Shown in pieces: positions 1 to 12,448 of a stretch of 64,000 bases of DNA. Location of the stretch: NCBI GenBank assembly GCA_010909165.1, contig MU008202.1, positions 310,001 through 374,000 of the forward strand. The letters are read 5' to 3'. The position numbers and the translations under genes were made by a program. This DNA comes from Anthoceros angustus. Taxonomy: Eukaryota > Plantae > Anthocerotophyta. Position 1 is the stretch's first letter. Each line of letters begins with the position of its first letter. The notes beneath the pieces were generated by a model. The model saw nothing but the letters and a program-made list of their open reading frames with translations. It had not been told where the DNA came from and made no database searches.

Positions 1-841
1 GTATCACATTCATACACGATCGTAGGTTTCAACCAAGAATCTATTATAAGGTTGCATTTGTCACATCATATTTGTATGTCTTCTTGAAAATTATTAAAAA
101 TATATTTTTTTAGAAAATAACTAATTTTATTTAAAGATAAATATATAAAAATAACAACATAATAATATTAATTTTGATAGACTGGGTATCTCATACCTAA
201 TTAATTTTTTTAATATATAAAAAGTTATGAACAACTTTTCATGTTCACTGGAATACTAAAGAAGCTTTGGCATTTGCAATGTCTTGGGCGCCTGGGCCAT
301 ATCTTGGGCACGCGAGACTTTCAAGGGGAGTTCTAAAGCGCGAGAGTCTATTCTCCTCAATGATAATGGTCATATAACTTGTAATAAACTTCATGTCAAT
401 TAAGAACGACTAGCATCAAGCAGTCTAATTCTACTAGAGAAAAATGTCCTATACATACAATCTTTGTTTCATAACGTTTTTTGTTCAATAAATAAAAATA
501 AATTATTTTAATCTCATATTAAATCACTTAAAATATTATTTAGAATCTTAGTTGTGTAAAATTATTTCTAACTGATATAAGGGAAAATTAGATGATCTTA
601 TAATATTTTACATATCACAAAATATACGCTATTTCTATAAAATTAATTTTATGAGAAAAAATTAAATTAATATCCGTACATCATTACTAAAATCCAAAAT
701 TTGGTGTACAAGCTTTTAAATTATTATTTTTCTCAATCAAATCGTCTCTAATCACCTTGTGTCCTCCTAAACAAAGATCTTAAGGAATAAGGATGACATT
801 TCCTCGCTATGGGTCTATTTTCTCACATACTTTCAAAAAAC

Positions 842-3446
842 CTAAGTTGGTGCTAAAAAGTTGTAGTCGAGATATAATGGATCCCAAACAGTTGACATAG
901 CCATGGCAACTGGAAGAGCTAAAATAGCACACATTGTGCCACCAACAAGTATTTCCATGCAACTCCACATGCGTGTCCAATTCTTTTTCTGGAGAAAAAA
1001 AAAAGCTGAGTATGAACAATATTTATATTTCCATCTCGTTCCTTTCCCTTTTTTGTGGATGGTAACGCCATTGAAAGTATTCCAACGATCCATGTGCGAA
1101 GATCTTTTTGAAAATCTTTTTGTCAATGAAGAAAATTCGGTAATACGGTTGTCTATATCCTTATGATCAGATGTAGCATGTAAGTTTGTTCTCGATGATT
1201 CCACTATCTCATTGCTTCCATTTTCTTGATCATGTAAATTACTTCCAGATGATGAATAGTCTATCTCGGCTCCATGATCTTGATGAATTGCTTTAGATCC
1301 TTTACTATTACAATGTAAATTCACCACACTACTTTCAGGCTCCTCGTGCTCAAATGTTGCATCCGAAGCAATTGGATTATCATGAACACTCCAGCCGTTT
1401 TCACTTGAAGTCTGTAAGTCAATTTCTTCTACATCATGTCTTACTTCATCCGAGGGAATGATATGATCAAGCACACTTGGTTGTGATTCGACATGTTGTG
1501 CTTCCTTACTAATTGCCACAGAAGTAGAATCAAATTTTGATGGTAAAGAATGTTGATCTGTGTTTCGGTTCTACATGGAAAAAAAAACAACATTTTCAAA
1601 TTCTGAGAAGAAAGAGAGATTTCATTCTTGAATTATTAAGCTATGGAGCTAGAGATAAAATTGAATGTACCTTGGCAATACAAAAATCATTGTCATGTGT
1701 TGTGGATTTGTCTCTTAAGCAACCATCAAACAAATTCCTGCTTGTGGGATCTGTAAGAAAAAAAGATTCTTTCTCCATCAAACTCATGCTACACATAGTA
1801 GTTTGGTCTAAGTTAACTAATTTGGATGAACACTTCTCTCCTATCCTTTCCTTTTGTATCATGCTATCCAAACTCCTTCGATCATCAAAATCTTCAATCG
1901 AGGTGAATTCAGCCCGTTCATTACCATTATCACCACCATCCTCATCACACTCCGATGCATCACCATCAAATATTGGTAGTATCGTATTATCAAAAAGACT
2001 TAATAACCCATTTGTTTTCTCTAAAGTGGCTGCACTTTCCTCCCTTTCCGCTTCTAAACTTCGCCTCATATTTGTAGGACTGTTTGCACATGATGTATCA
2101 GGAAGTAAAGTGTGTTTTTTCAATTTGGAAAATAAGTCTCTTTTATTTCGTTGCTCCTTTCTTTGCATCTTTTGAGAAGTTTGGATAAATTGCTCATCTA
2201 GTTCAGAAGTGTTGACCAGCATGCCATCCTTATCCAACTTACCTTCCTCAGCTAAGCTCACCGAAGAAGTCCATTTGGATGGCTCATATCTGGCTGAAAA
2301 CCGAGAGTTCCTCCTTTGTTTTGCACTTGATTCGGATGGCGTGGATGAGGAAGGAGAGGGGGAGAAGGAAACTGCTTGAGATTCTTGAGATAAGTGAGAT
2401 TCTTTTTGTGCTTGAAACATTGCGCCTTCCGTTTTACTGCAAGTGGAAAGGCTGCAAGTAGTGCTATTCCACATGTTTGTGGGTCTCTTGTAGTAATCCA
2501 AATCCATGAATGCCGACGGTCCGGGAATAGGTTGCTCTCCCCTAGTACTCCTTCGCGAATTTTCTTCCGAAACCAGAAATTTAGCTGTTTGCAAAGTGTC
2601 CGCTACAGCCGACCGGACGTGGGGTATCCTGTCATGACGAAAGCCCTCCAACACCTGCATAGTATAACTCACTTCAGCTGCCAAGGTCATAGTGTCTAGC
2701 TTGGCGAGAACGGCCTGGATCAAACGAGCGGCAGACACACGATGATGCCATGTGCCATTCCCAATAGATGCGCGCAAAGCTTGACATGCAGATCGGAGTA
2801 GGGCAAGCCCATAGGCACCCAACACATCTCCATTTTTCAACGCTAGGGCACGAGCAAGCTGCATATGTCCAACCGTCCTCGTTGCCTTATCTCCCAAAGC
2901 TATGGTGCACCTCAAGCATGTCTCTTGGATCAAGTCCATGGATGCAAACTTCCATCTCTCCGACTCTACGAGTGCCTGGAGACAAATTGCAGCCCCCGCC
3001 GCTAGAGGCTCAAACGTGCCCGCTAACACCTCCAACAAGGGCTCACAAACATCATTCACAAGAGCATGAGCTTGCGCGGGAGGACTCAGCGGGTCAATTG
3101 TATGTTGCACAATAGCTACCACCACATGCGCACATGCCTGGTGCAATTGCAACGAGCTCCCGCTCGCCGAGAGGAACCTTACGATGGTGGACAACATACG
3201 AGGCACATGCTGGATGATGAACTTGCCATGTATCCGCGCAACATCCTCGAAGAGGGAGATGGCATAACAGCGGGTGGTACCTTCGTCTCGACACTCCGAA
3301 ACTTGGGCCAGGAATCGTGGCATAGAGCCGGCATCTAACTGGCCCACAAACGACTTGAGGGAATGCATTGCCAGACGCCTAGAGTCTCCATCCTCGCTGA
3401 GTTTGGCTAGATCCTGCTTCACGAGGGGGCTCATGTACCTCCCCAT
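842..3446 (-). CDS. SINE1: SINE1/SINE2-like plant KASH protein (N-terminal ARM/HEAT region, C-terminal TM + KASH); exons 3446-1671 and 1570-842
   Basis: The N-terminus MGRYMSPLVKQDLAKLSEDGDSRRLAMHSLKSFV...ISLFEDVARIHG...GAAICLQALVESERWKFAS follows Arabidopsis SINE1 as I recall it. A phase-0 GT..AG intron at 1670-1571 joins ORFs 1641..3494 and 842..1519. The protein ends in a hydrophobic segment followed by ...YNFLAPT-stop (plant KASH xxPT). Confidence 0.82.
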
Positions 3447-3656
3447 GGCCGCTCCGCGACACCCGATCGCGAGAAGGTCGCCTGCAGGCTTCACATCACA
3501 TGCCCATGACGCTCACGCTCACACGCATCCACTCTCTACCGCTCTTAGGGTTATTGCAGCATGAGCCGGGCGCGTGCATGGAGGTGGTGGGACGAGAGAG
3601 TGAAAGGCGGCTCGGTTTGAATCTTAGCACCAGCAGGAGCTCCCGGGAGCCGGGCC

Positions 3657-3705
3657 AACCTAACCTAACCTAACCTAACCTGTCCTGTCCTGCCCTAACC
3701 TAACC
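3657..3705. repeat. (AACCT)n / (TTAGG)n pentamer microsatellite, interrupted by GTCCT units
   Basis: aacctaacctaacctaacctaacctgtcctgtcctgccctaacctaacc seen directly. Confidence 0.85.
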
Positions 3706-4749
3706 GCCTCCGCTCCGGCCGCTACCGGCTGCAGCCGGCGGCGGCCACCGGGCCGGCCGGTGGGGCCGAACGCGCTTAGCGTGATCCGCAACACGACAAA
3801 ACGGGCCAGTGGGGGGACGCCAGCGCAGCGGTGCGGATGGCATCATCGATGGACGAGAGCGTCCGCGCCAGCACCACCGCCACGCCTCCCTGACAGGCCC
3901 CGGCCCCGCCGCAGTGGTGGTAGGTGACCGACCACGCAGGTCGGGAAACCGCCTGATGCCAGTTCTCCCGGTGGCTCCCGTCATCGGGGCGCGGGCCGCG
4001 GTTGCAGGACGTGCGGGCCTCATCAGCGGTTCAGCAGGTTGTCCATACGTCCGTTTCCAGGCGCGACAAGTTGCGCACGCCAACCATGGTTGGCCAGCGT
4101 GACAGGGTTCGTGTTCGCCTAACCTCGGGTCGGGAACGTCCGGCCCAGCGCGCTTGGCGCGGCGCGACGAGCGCATCGGCGCCCGGATTGCGTGTGGGCC
4201 CGCGTCTGAGTCACCGCCCTATCCCATTTCCGCGCCCTAATTGCGGGCCCAATTAAGTTCCCGCCTCCAGGCTCCAGGCTGCAGGCCGCAGGTTCCAACC
4301 CAACCACTAACCGGAAACGGGGCGGGCCGCGTCCTCCCAGATCCCGTTCCGCCCCGCCATTGGGGCCTCAGATCGACGCACACAAGGCCCGGCGTGCTTT
4401 CCAAATCTGCGTCTGCTGGGCTGCCAGGCCCATTGGCCGGCTGCACTGTTATGAGACTCATCTCCATCCGCCAGGGCCATACAAAATTCATGTCATTGTC
4501 GTCATTGCAATCATGTGCTCCCATGGCTCTCACAGGTACAGTCCAAGCGTGTAGAGGCAAAGCACAAGGCAGAGGCTCAGGGCGTTTGTCATGGGACTCC
4601 ATCCAGGCCCCAGATGAGTGCTCCGGTTTCTGATTGGGCAAACAAAACAGTGCCTTTGTACATACATTCCAGCACAGCTTATTACAACAGAAGCAGGAGC
4701 AGGAACAGGAGCTGGAGCTGGAGCTGCAGCTGGAGCAGGTCCGTTCTAG

Positions 4750-7568
4750 TCAAATCAGGTATGGACTATCCAACACGCCGTAGCCAGCCACGACTCCTCC
4801 CTCGGAAGAGGAGGACACTTTGGTTCGCACCAGGTGACCTGTTTGCCGGTTCAGAAGGACTCTCTCTCCTTGTCTGCGCGTCACAACAGCCCACTGTTAA
4901 TGCTCCAGTAATCAGGCAGCATGGTGCCCCGAGGGTCATGGACAACGCTTACCGGAGGTATGCACCGTATATCCCCACTTCCGACACCGTCTCGTACATG
5001 TTCCATGTACCTTGTCGTACCAAGTACGTCATGTGCACAGGGGGAGAAATTCTTTGCTGAAGGATGTATGCTGCCAATCCGCTGCCGCCAGCCGCTTTGA
5101 GCTCCAGTAGCTTCGTCCTCACATCCTCGCCGTATAGGTTGTTTCCTGCCAGACATCAGGTTAAAATGTGGGAAAACTTGCAAGGCTCAAAGTCGAGTCG
5201 TAATTCAAAAAACAGCAAGGGAGCGCACCTCCTCCCTCTCGCTGAGGCTTCAGAACAAGTTTGTCTGGATCAGAGATTGCTTGCTCAATAATTGCCTCGG
5301 AGCCTTCTTCTTCCAGACCCCAGAGGCCAGCGAAACATCTCCGTAGTTTCCTCGCATCAGAACTTGGCAAAAATCTGAACGGGACCGTAACCATGAAATG
5401 ATATCAGTTCATACGTCAGAAGGTGATGCACGTCCCCATGGCAGCGCGCAGAACTATACCTCTTACCTTTCAACAACACCAGGCTTTGCTAACTCCTGCT
5501 GGACCTTCTTGGTTCCAGCTAGATGATAAGCGATGGAGGGGCACTTGATGGCTCTTGATCTTTCCAGCAGCAACCTAGCAACCCATTCCTGCACTCAAGA
5601 CATACTGTACGTCTCAACCCAAATGCTGCGATGCGGCTGACAATGTCACCTTTCCTGATCAAAACTGAGAGGACGACACTTGGGCAAAAAGAAGACATCT
5701 AGCGAGCAGGAATGAACGCCCAGATAGTCACCGATTCAGACGGGTAGTCAGTGGGAGTGTATCCAGCTCTAAAATAAACCACAGACACAGCTTGCTCCTC
5801 ACTGCAAGCACGCCCACAGTGGTGTTAGGGTTTCACAGGTGTATGGAGACTTGCGTACTGGAAACGGACCTGAAGAATCATACATGAGCAGAGTGCCATC
5901 ATCGTCGATCGTCCCATGCTCATATATCTCCGCTAGGGTCCTCCGGATGGATCGCACTCCATATGTTCTTATCTGTCAAGGTGTAACCTCTATGGGGCTG
6001 GTCATCTTGAATATGCGCACCCTCACCCAAACTTCAGGGCCCATCTCGAGAGTAACAGAAACAACTTAAGGACATTCAAAGCTCAAAGAAAAGAGGATAT
6101 GAGTCATATAGCCGGAAAGCCAGCCAATGTTGATCATACATGTTCTTTTCGTCCGGCTGCACAACGAAAAGCACCGCTGCACTGACAGTGGAACTTCGGT
6201 GTCAGTAAACTGTAAAACGTCCAGGCTGGCCCTTAATGCAAGCATCCATCAAGAAAATATCCTTATGAGTGAAAGGCAAGCACCTCTTGTGGCCATATGC
6301 ATCCCAAGCTAACGCCAATGCTTCTGCATATCCACGATCGGCCTTGTTATCAGGAACCTTACTGCATTCCAAGATGCTGCGGTCTCCAAGCTGGCCAACC
6401 AGGTATCTGAGATCAAGTATCACAAGTGAGAAGACAGGGATTTGGAGGTGCTCATCCAAATAGATCAGTCAGGGAGGTTGGTCACTACTTGTGCAGAGAA
6501 CTGATGAGAGGAGCAAGACCAGCAAACGAGGAAGATATGGTATTGATCTCCACTTGCAGAAGTAGTCCAGTTGGCATGTCAAGCATATAATCTGAACGGT
6601 TCAACCCCAAAACAGCCTCCTGGAACCACGTACGTGCCGTAGAAGAATCAGGGAGGGCATCCGACTCGTCCCATAAGCATCCCAAGCAGAGAGCATGAAC
6701 CACAAAACACATACCGGCTTCAACCCCTCACTTATTACATTGGCATGGATGTCGAGTAGTCTGTCCGTGAAGGGATCAGCCAATCGTGTTCTGCAACATT
6801 GAATCCTCCAACACATTGTCAACAAGGTGGCTGTTTAAACTTCGAATGCCATGAATGCTCACGGCTGGAAGAAGGGCAACAAACCTGGCATGTACTTGTT
6901 CCAAGAACTCTCCGTCGGCGGCCACCCTATCCACAAGGGTGTTGAAAAGAGGTGCCAGCTCCACAGCCTCGAGGAAAGCATCTTTCGTTATAGGAGCAGG
7001 CAGTAGCGACAATGGTGCATGTCCAAGGCCAACACCTGGAATCTTGCCAGAATTCTGCCTTCCAAGAACAGTCCCAAAAATGCAGCATTAGACACCCAAC
7101 AATTCGACGTCCCACAAATTCCACACATAAACTCATACACAACCATTCCAATACCTCCACATTCTTGTCTCCCACCAGAAGCCCGTGCAGTGAAGCCCAC
7201 ACCAAGGCATCTTCCACAAGACTAGCAGCAACCTCCGGAGGAACCAATCCTGACGACTCCAGATTCACATCCGCGGCGACAGGCGGGCCACCATGCCCTT
7301 CAGAGCCGGAGGCAGGCGTGCGGGGAGCTGCGTCAGCTGCGGCCTCCATTGCCTTCCCTAGAGCTCCGCTTCTCAAATGCAAGTTCCGCCCAAAACGCCG
7401 GGGAACAAAGTCCTGAACCAAATGCACTCCGTTCCAGGCATCTACCTCCACATCTCCGGCTTGGAGCGGCACAAGACCTCGCCTCAGTCTGCAAGATCGG
7501 CTGCTGAGAGCCGGAAGAGCATAGGACAGAGCAGGGCTGGCGATTCCGGGTGCTGCGTCCAGTCTCAT
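4750..7568 (-). CDS. GSH2: Glutathione synthetase, multi-exon, with N-terminal transit-peptide-like extension
   Basis: Exon translations include [78 protein letters not shown] and [25 protein letters not shown]-stop, separated by GT-AG introns. ATG at 7568, second ATG near 7349. Confidence 0.93.
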
Positions 7569-8518
7569 GACTCGACTCGACTGGACTTCCACCTCTGAAC
7601 TCCTGGACTCCACCCAACCCAGCTCGACTCGTGCTTGCCGGCCAGTCACATGCGATAATCACGGCATTTGAGCACAGAGATCAGCTCGCACTTGCCTTTG
7701 CTGGACCACTCAGTGGCTCCACGGAAGGCTTGCCACATGTAGGAATCTGCAGTGCATCGGACAAAGTGTTCCGGACCGGAGTCGAAGTTGCTCAAGGGAC
7801 ACATCTAACAGGTCAGTTGGGTGTTTCCGGTTTACATACTATTACAAACAACTGATGAAAGACGCTTCCCCTTACGATGGAGCAGCTTTGTTTATGCTGG
7901 TTTGTTGAAAGATCGAGCTGTGCGTATGCGGCAAAGCCATAAAGCTCATGGGCTTTCAGCCTTGCATGCCTCCTTGCCCTTGGCGATAACTTGGGGGCTG
8001 TAGCCACCTCAAAGTCTTCAGTACTCTTGGAACTTAGTTCCCCATCTCCTGACATTCGTGGTCTGTTTCCAGCTTGCATCTCAGGGAAAAATCACACTCT
8101 TGACGACCCTGACGATAGAACCTGCATCGACAACAATTAACTCTTACGTTGCGAGGGGCTGATGGCCGACCCGGTGTTAGGCAGTCTCTGTCGAAGATCC
8201 TTGAGGGGGGCGGCGTAGGGCGCCGGTACAGGCAAAGAGAACATCCATGCTTGTTGGGAATTCCATGGTCTTGTTTTAATAGTGCTCAGTACCATGGAGG
8301 AAGAGGTCTTTCCGTTGCTACCAGAAGTGGGGATTTCCTGGATGGATCAACGACTGGATACATCCTGTCTCCCATGGTCTCTTCATCTTGGTGGCGTGCC
8401 TGGGCTTGCTGGGAGGTCCTGCTTGACGAGGCCACTGGAAACGCTGGCTCCAGGGTAGGAATGGATTTTCCGTCGGCGGCGGTCTTATGGTGCCGACTTG
8501 GATAAATTTGGCGGTCCG

Positions 8519-9040
8519 ATGAGGTTTATGTGGGTCCTTTTGCAGAGATGTGTCAAGCGGGCAGCCCTGGCAATGGGCAAGCAGCGTGCATGTGATGTTG
8601 ACTCTGGCTGCTATGCCAACATGTCCGTGAGCTTTCGGTCCATGTCTGATGCAGTTCAGGGGAAAGGTAGATTACGTCAAGGAAACGTTCAGTCATGGTC
8701 CACGTTGATATCAAGGTACGTCAAGGACGGGAAGCTGCGGGAGAGCATCACAAGTTAGAAGCAGATGGTGGACCAGGGTGAGAAGCCAGACAAATACACT
8801 TTTCTGAGCTTACTCAAAGCCTGTGGCAGCTTGGCAGACCTGAGACTTGCAAGATGGATGCACAAAGAAGTTGCGAAGTACAAATGGGATTCAGATTTGT
8901 TTGTGGGGAATTCCGTGGTTGCGATGTATGCAAAATGTGGGAGTATGGCTGATGCTCACCATGTGTTTGATACGTTGTGTCACCGCAATGTGGTGTCGTG
9001 GAATGCTCTGATTGCAGGTTACGCTAATCAGGAAGAAGGG
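8519..9040 (+). pseudogene. 5' fragment of the PLS-class PPR gene (probable original position), truncated at a template-switch junction
   Basis: Nearly identical to 12449-12970 except TAC>TAG at 8756-8758. The sequence jumps to GSH2 at GGAAGAAGGG (9031-9040). Confidence 0.85.
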
Positions 9041-9966
9041 CAACAAACCTGGCATGTACTTGTTCCAAGAACTCTCCGTCGGCGGCCACCCTATCCACAA
9101 GGGTGTTGAAAAGAGGTGCCAGCTCCACAGCCTCGAGGAAAGCATCTTTCGTTATAGGAGCAGGCAGTAGCGACAATGGTGCATGTCCAAGGCCAACACC
9201 TGGAATCTTGCCAGAATTCTGCCTTCCAAGAACAGTCCCAAAATGCAGCATTAGACACCCAACAATTCGACGTCCCACAAATTCCACACATAAACTCATA
9301 CACAACCATTCCAATACCTCCACATTCTTGTCTCCCACCAGAAGCCCGTGCAGTGAAGCCCACACCAAGGCATCTTCCACAAGACTAGCAGCAACCTCCG
9401 GAGGAACCAATCCTGACGACTCCAGATTCACATCCGCGGCGACAGGCGGGCCACCATGCCCTTCAGAGCCGGAGGCAGGCGTGCGGGGAGCTGCGTCAGC
9501 TGCGGCCTCCATTGCCTTCCCTAGAGCTCCGCTTCTCAAATGCAAGTTCCGCCCAAAACGCCGGGGAACAAAGTCCTGAACCAAATGCACTCCGTTCCAG
9601 GCATCTACCGGTCGATAATTATGGGCAATACTCGTCTACATGTATGCCAACTGTGGAAATCTGGTGGAAGCGGTGACTGTTTTGAGACCTTGTCTCATCG
9701 TGATGCAGTGTCATGGACAATATTGATGGCGATGTATGCTCAGCAAGGTCAAGGCGAGAAGGCTCTGCAGTATGCCCGAATGCAAGATGAAGGTGTGAGA
9801 CCACAATCTCGTACTTTTGTTAGTGCGTTGAAAGCTTGTAGTAACCTTGCGGCTTCTGAAGAGGCTATGAAGGTGAATGGAAAACTTGTAAAAGCGCAGT
9901 GCCTAAAAAGGGAAGAGCATAGGACAGAGCAGGGCTGGCGATTCCGGGTGCTGCGTCCAGTCTCAT
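9031..9966 (-). pseudogene. Partial duplicate of GSH2 exons 1-2 and intron 1, interrupted by a PPR-derived segment (9610-9910)
   Basis: 9031-9609 copies 6867-7446 and 9911 onward copies 7513 onward. The intron is retained, so the copy was made at the DNA level. Confidence 0.9.
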
Positions 9967-10915
9967 GACTCGACTCGACTGGACTTCCACCTCTGAACTC
10001 CTGGACTCCACCCAACCCAGCTCGACTCGTGCTTGCCGGCCAGTCACATGCGATAATCACGGCATTTGAGCACAGAGATCAGCTCGCACTTGCCTTTGCT
10101 GGACCACTCAGTGGCTCCACGGAAGGCTTGCCACATGTAGGAATCTGCAGTGCATCGGACAAAGTGTTCCGGACCGGAGTCGAAGTTGCTCAAGGGACAC
10201 ATCTAACAGGTCAGTTGGGTGTTTCCGGTTTACATACTATTACAAACAACTGATGAAAGACGCTTCCCCTTACGATGGAGCAGCTTTGTTTATGCTGGTT
10301 TGTTGAAAGATCGAGCTGTGCGTATGCGGCAAAGCCATAAAGCTCATGGGCTTTCAGCCTTGCATGCCTCCTTGCCCTTGGCGATAACTTGGGGGCTGTA
10401 GCCACCTCAAAGTCTTCAGTACTCTTGGAACTTAGTTCCCCATCTCCTGACATTCGTGGTCTGTTTCCAGCTTGCATCTCAGGGAAAAATCACACTCTTG
10501 ACGACCCTGACGATAGAACCTGCATCGACAACAATTAACTCTTACGTTGCGAGGGGCTGATGGCCGACCCGGTGTTAGGCAGTCTCTGTCGAAGATCCTT
10601 GAGGGGGGCGGCGTAGGGCGCCGGTACAGGCAAAGAGAACATCCATGCTTGTTGGGAATTCCATGGTCTTGTTTTAATAGTGCTCAGTACCATGGAGGAA
10701 GAGGTCTTTCCGTTGCTACCAGAAGTGGGGATTTCCTGGATGGATCAACGACTGGATACATCCTGTCTCCATGGTCTCTTCATCTTGGTGGCGTGCCTGG
10801 GCTTGCTGGGAGGTCCTGCTTGACGAGGCCACTGGAAACGCTGGCTCCAGGGTAGGAATGGATTTTCCGTCGGCGGCGGTCTTATGGTGCCGACTTGGAT
10901 AAATTTGGCGGTCCG

Positions 10916-12233
10916 ATGAGGTTTATGTGGGTCCTTTTGCAGAGATGTGTCAAGCGGGCAGCCCTGGCAATGGGCAAGCAGCGTGCATGTGATGTTGACT
11001 CTGGCTGCTATGCCAACTGTGGAAATCTGGTGGAAGCGGTGACTGTTTTGAGACCTTGTCTCATCGTGATGCAGTGTCATGGACAATATTGATGGCGATG
11101 TATGCTCAGCAAGGTCAAGGCGAGAAGGCTCTGCAGTTGTATGCCCGAATGCAAGATGAAGGTGTGAGACCACAATCTCGTACTTTTGTTAGTGCGTTGA
11201 AAGCTTGTAGTAACCTTGCGGCTTCTGAAGAGGCTATGAAGGTGAATGGAAAACTTGTAAAAGCGCAGTGCCTAAAAAGGGAAGAGCATCCATGCCGATT
11301 TCCTTCGGACTGGCTCTGAAATAGATATCTATGTTGGCACCACTCTAGTCGACATGTATGCAATGTGTGGGAGCATGGTGGATGCACAAAGGTTTTTGAT
11401 TCCATGCCTCGACATGACGTGTTGTCATGGACTGCACTGATTCGTGGATATGCTCAGCAACAGCAGGGAGGAGTCATTGCTGTGCAACTATTTGCCGACA
11501 TGGTCAAAGAAGGTGTGAAACCCAATGCCCGGACATTTCTTTGTGTGCTCAAAGCCTTGGGAAGCATGGCATCCATGGGCACGGCTTCTCAGCTAACAGG
11601 ACAGTCCCGAAAATTAGAGTGTCTGCAGGAAGGCAGGCAAATCCATGCCAAACTAGTGGAGGCGGGGCTTGGAGTCGATGTTTTTCTGTGCAACACTCTT
11701 ATTGACATGTATGCTAACTGTGGCAGCATGGAGGAGGCTAAACACGTCTTTGATGCCATGCCAAACATGATGTTGTGTCATGGAATGCAATGATGACAGG
11801 ATACGCACAATGTGAAGAAGGTGCAAAGTCGATGCAGATATATTTTCAGATGAAGAAGGAAGGCTTGAAACCAAACGAGGCGACCTTTCTGTGCGCTCTG
11901 AAGGCCTGCAGCTTGACGGGAACCCTGGAAAGCTGCTCACAGATCCATCAAGACATCACAGAATCGGACTCCATTGGAGCAGTGATTTGGCCACCACCCT
12001 TGTCCACGCCTATGGGAAGTGCGGGGACATGGCACGTGCTCGCACAGTGTTCAACACCGCTGCGGATCAGAATGTTGCTCTATGGAACGCCCTGATAACA
12101 GGATACGCCGCGCAAGGAGAGTGCCAACAGTGCTTCCAATCCCTGCATGACATGCAGGCGGGACTGCATCCAAACGGAGCCACGTTCGCTCCCATCCTTG
12201 CTGCATGCAGCCACGCAGGCCTGGTGGAGGAAG
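10916..12233 (+). pseudogene. Chimeric PPR fragment (leader + internal repeats + late repeats)
   Basis: The leader is fused at YAN (11009-11017) to an S motif, then at VSW (11778-11784) to late repeats. Several 1-2 nt indels interrupt the frame. Confidence 0.8.
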
Positions 12234-12448
12234 AGGTCTTTCCGTTGCTACCAGAAGTGGGGATTTCCTGGATGGATCAACGACTGGATACATCCTGTCT
12301 CCCATGGTCTCTTCATCTTGGTGGCGTGCCTGGGCTTGCTGGGAGGTCCTGCTTGACGAGGCCACTGGAAACGCTGGCTCCAGGGTAGGAATGGATTTTC
12401 CGTCGGCGGCGGTCTTATGGTGCCGACTTGGATAAATTTGGCGGTCCG

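Noticed and set aside
3657-3705. True telomere or chromosome fusion site
   Set aside because: Only ~50 bp, interrupted, non-canonical for plants and lying between two normal genes.
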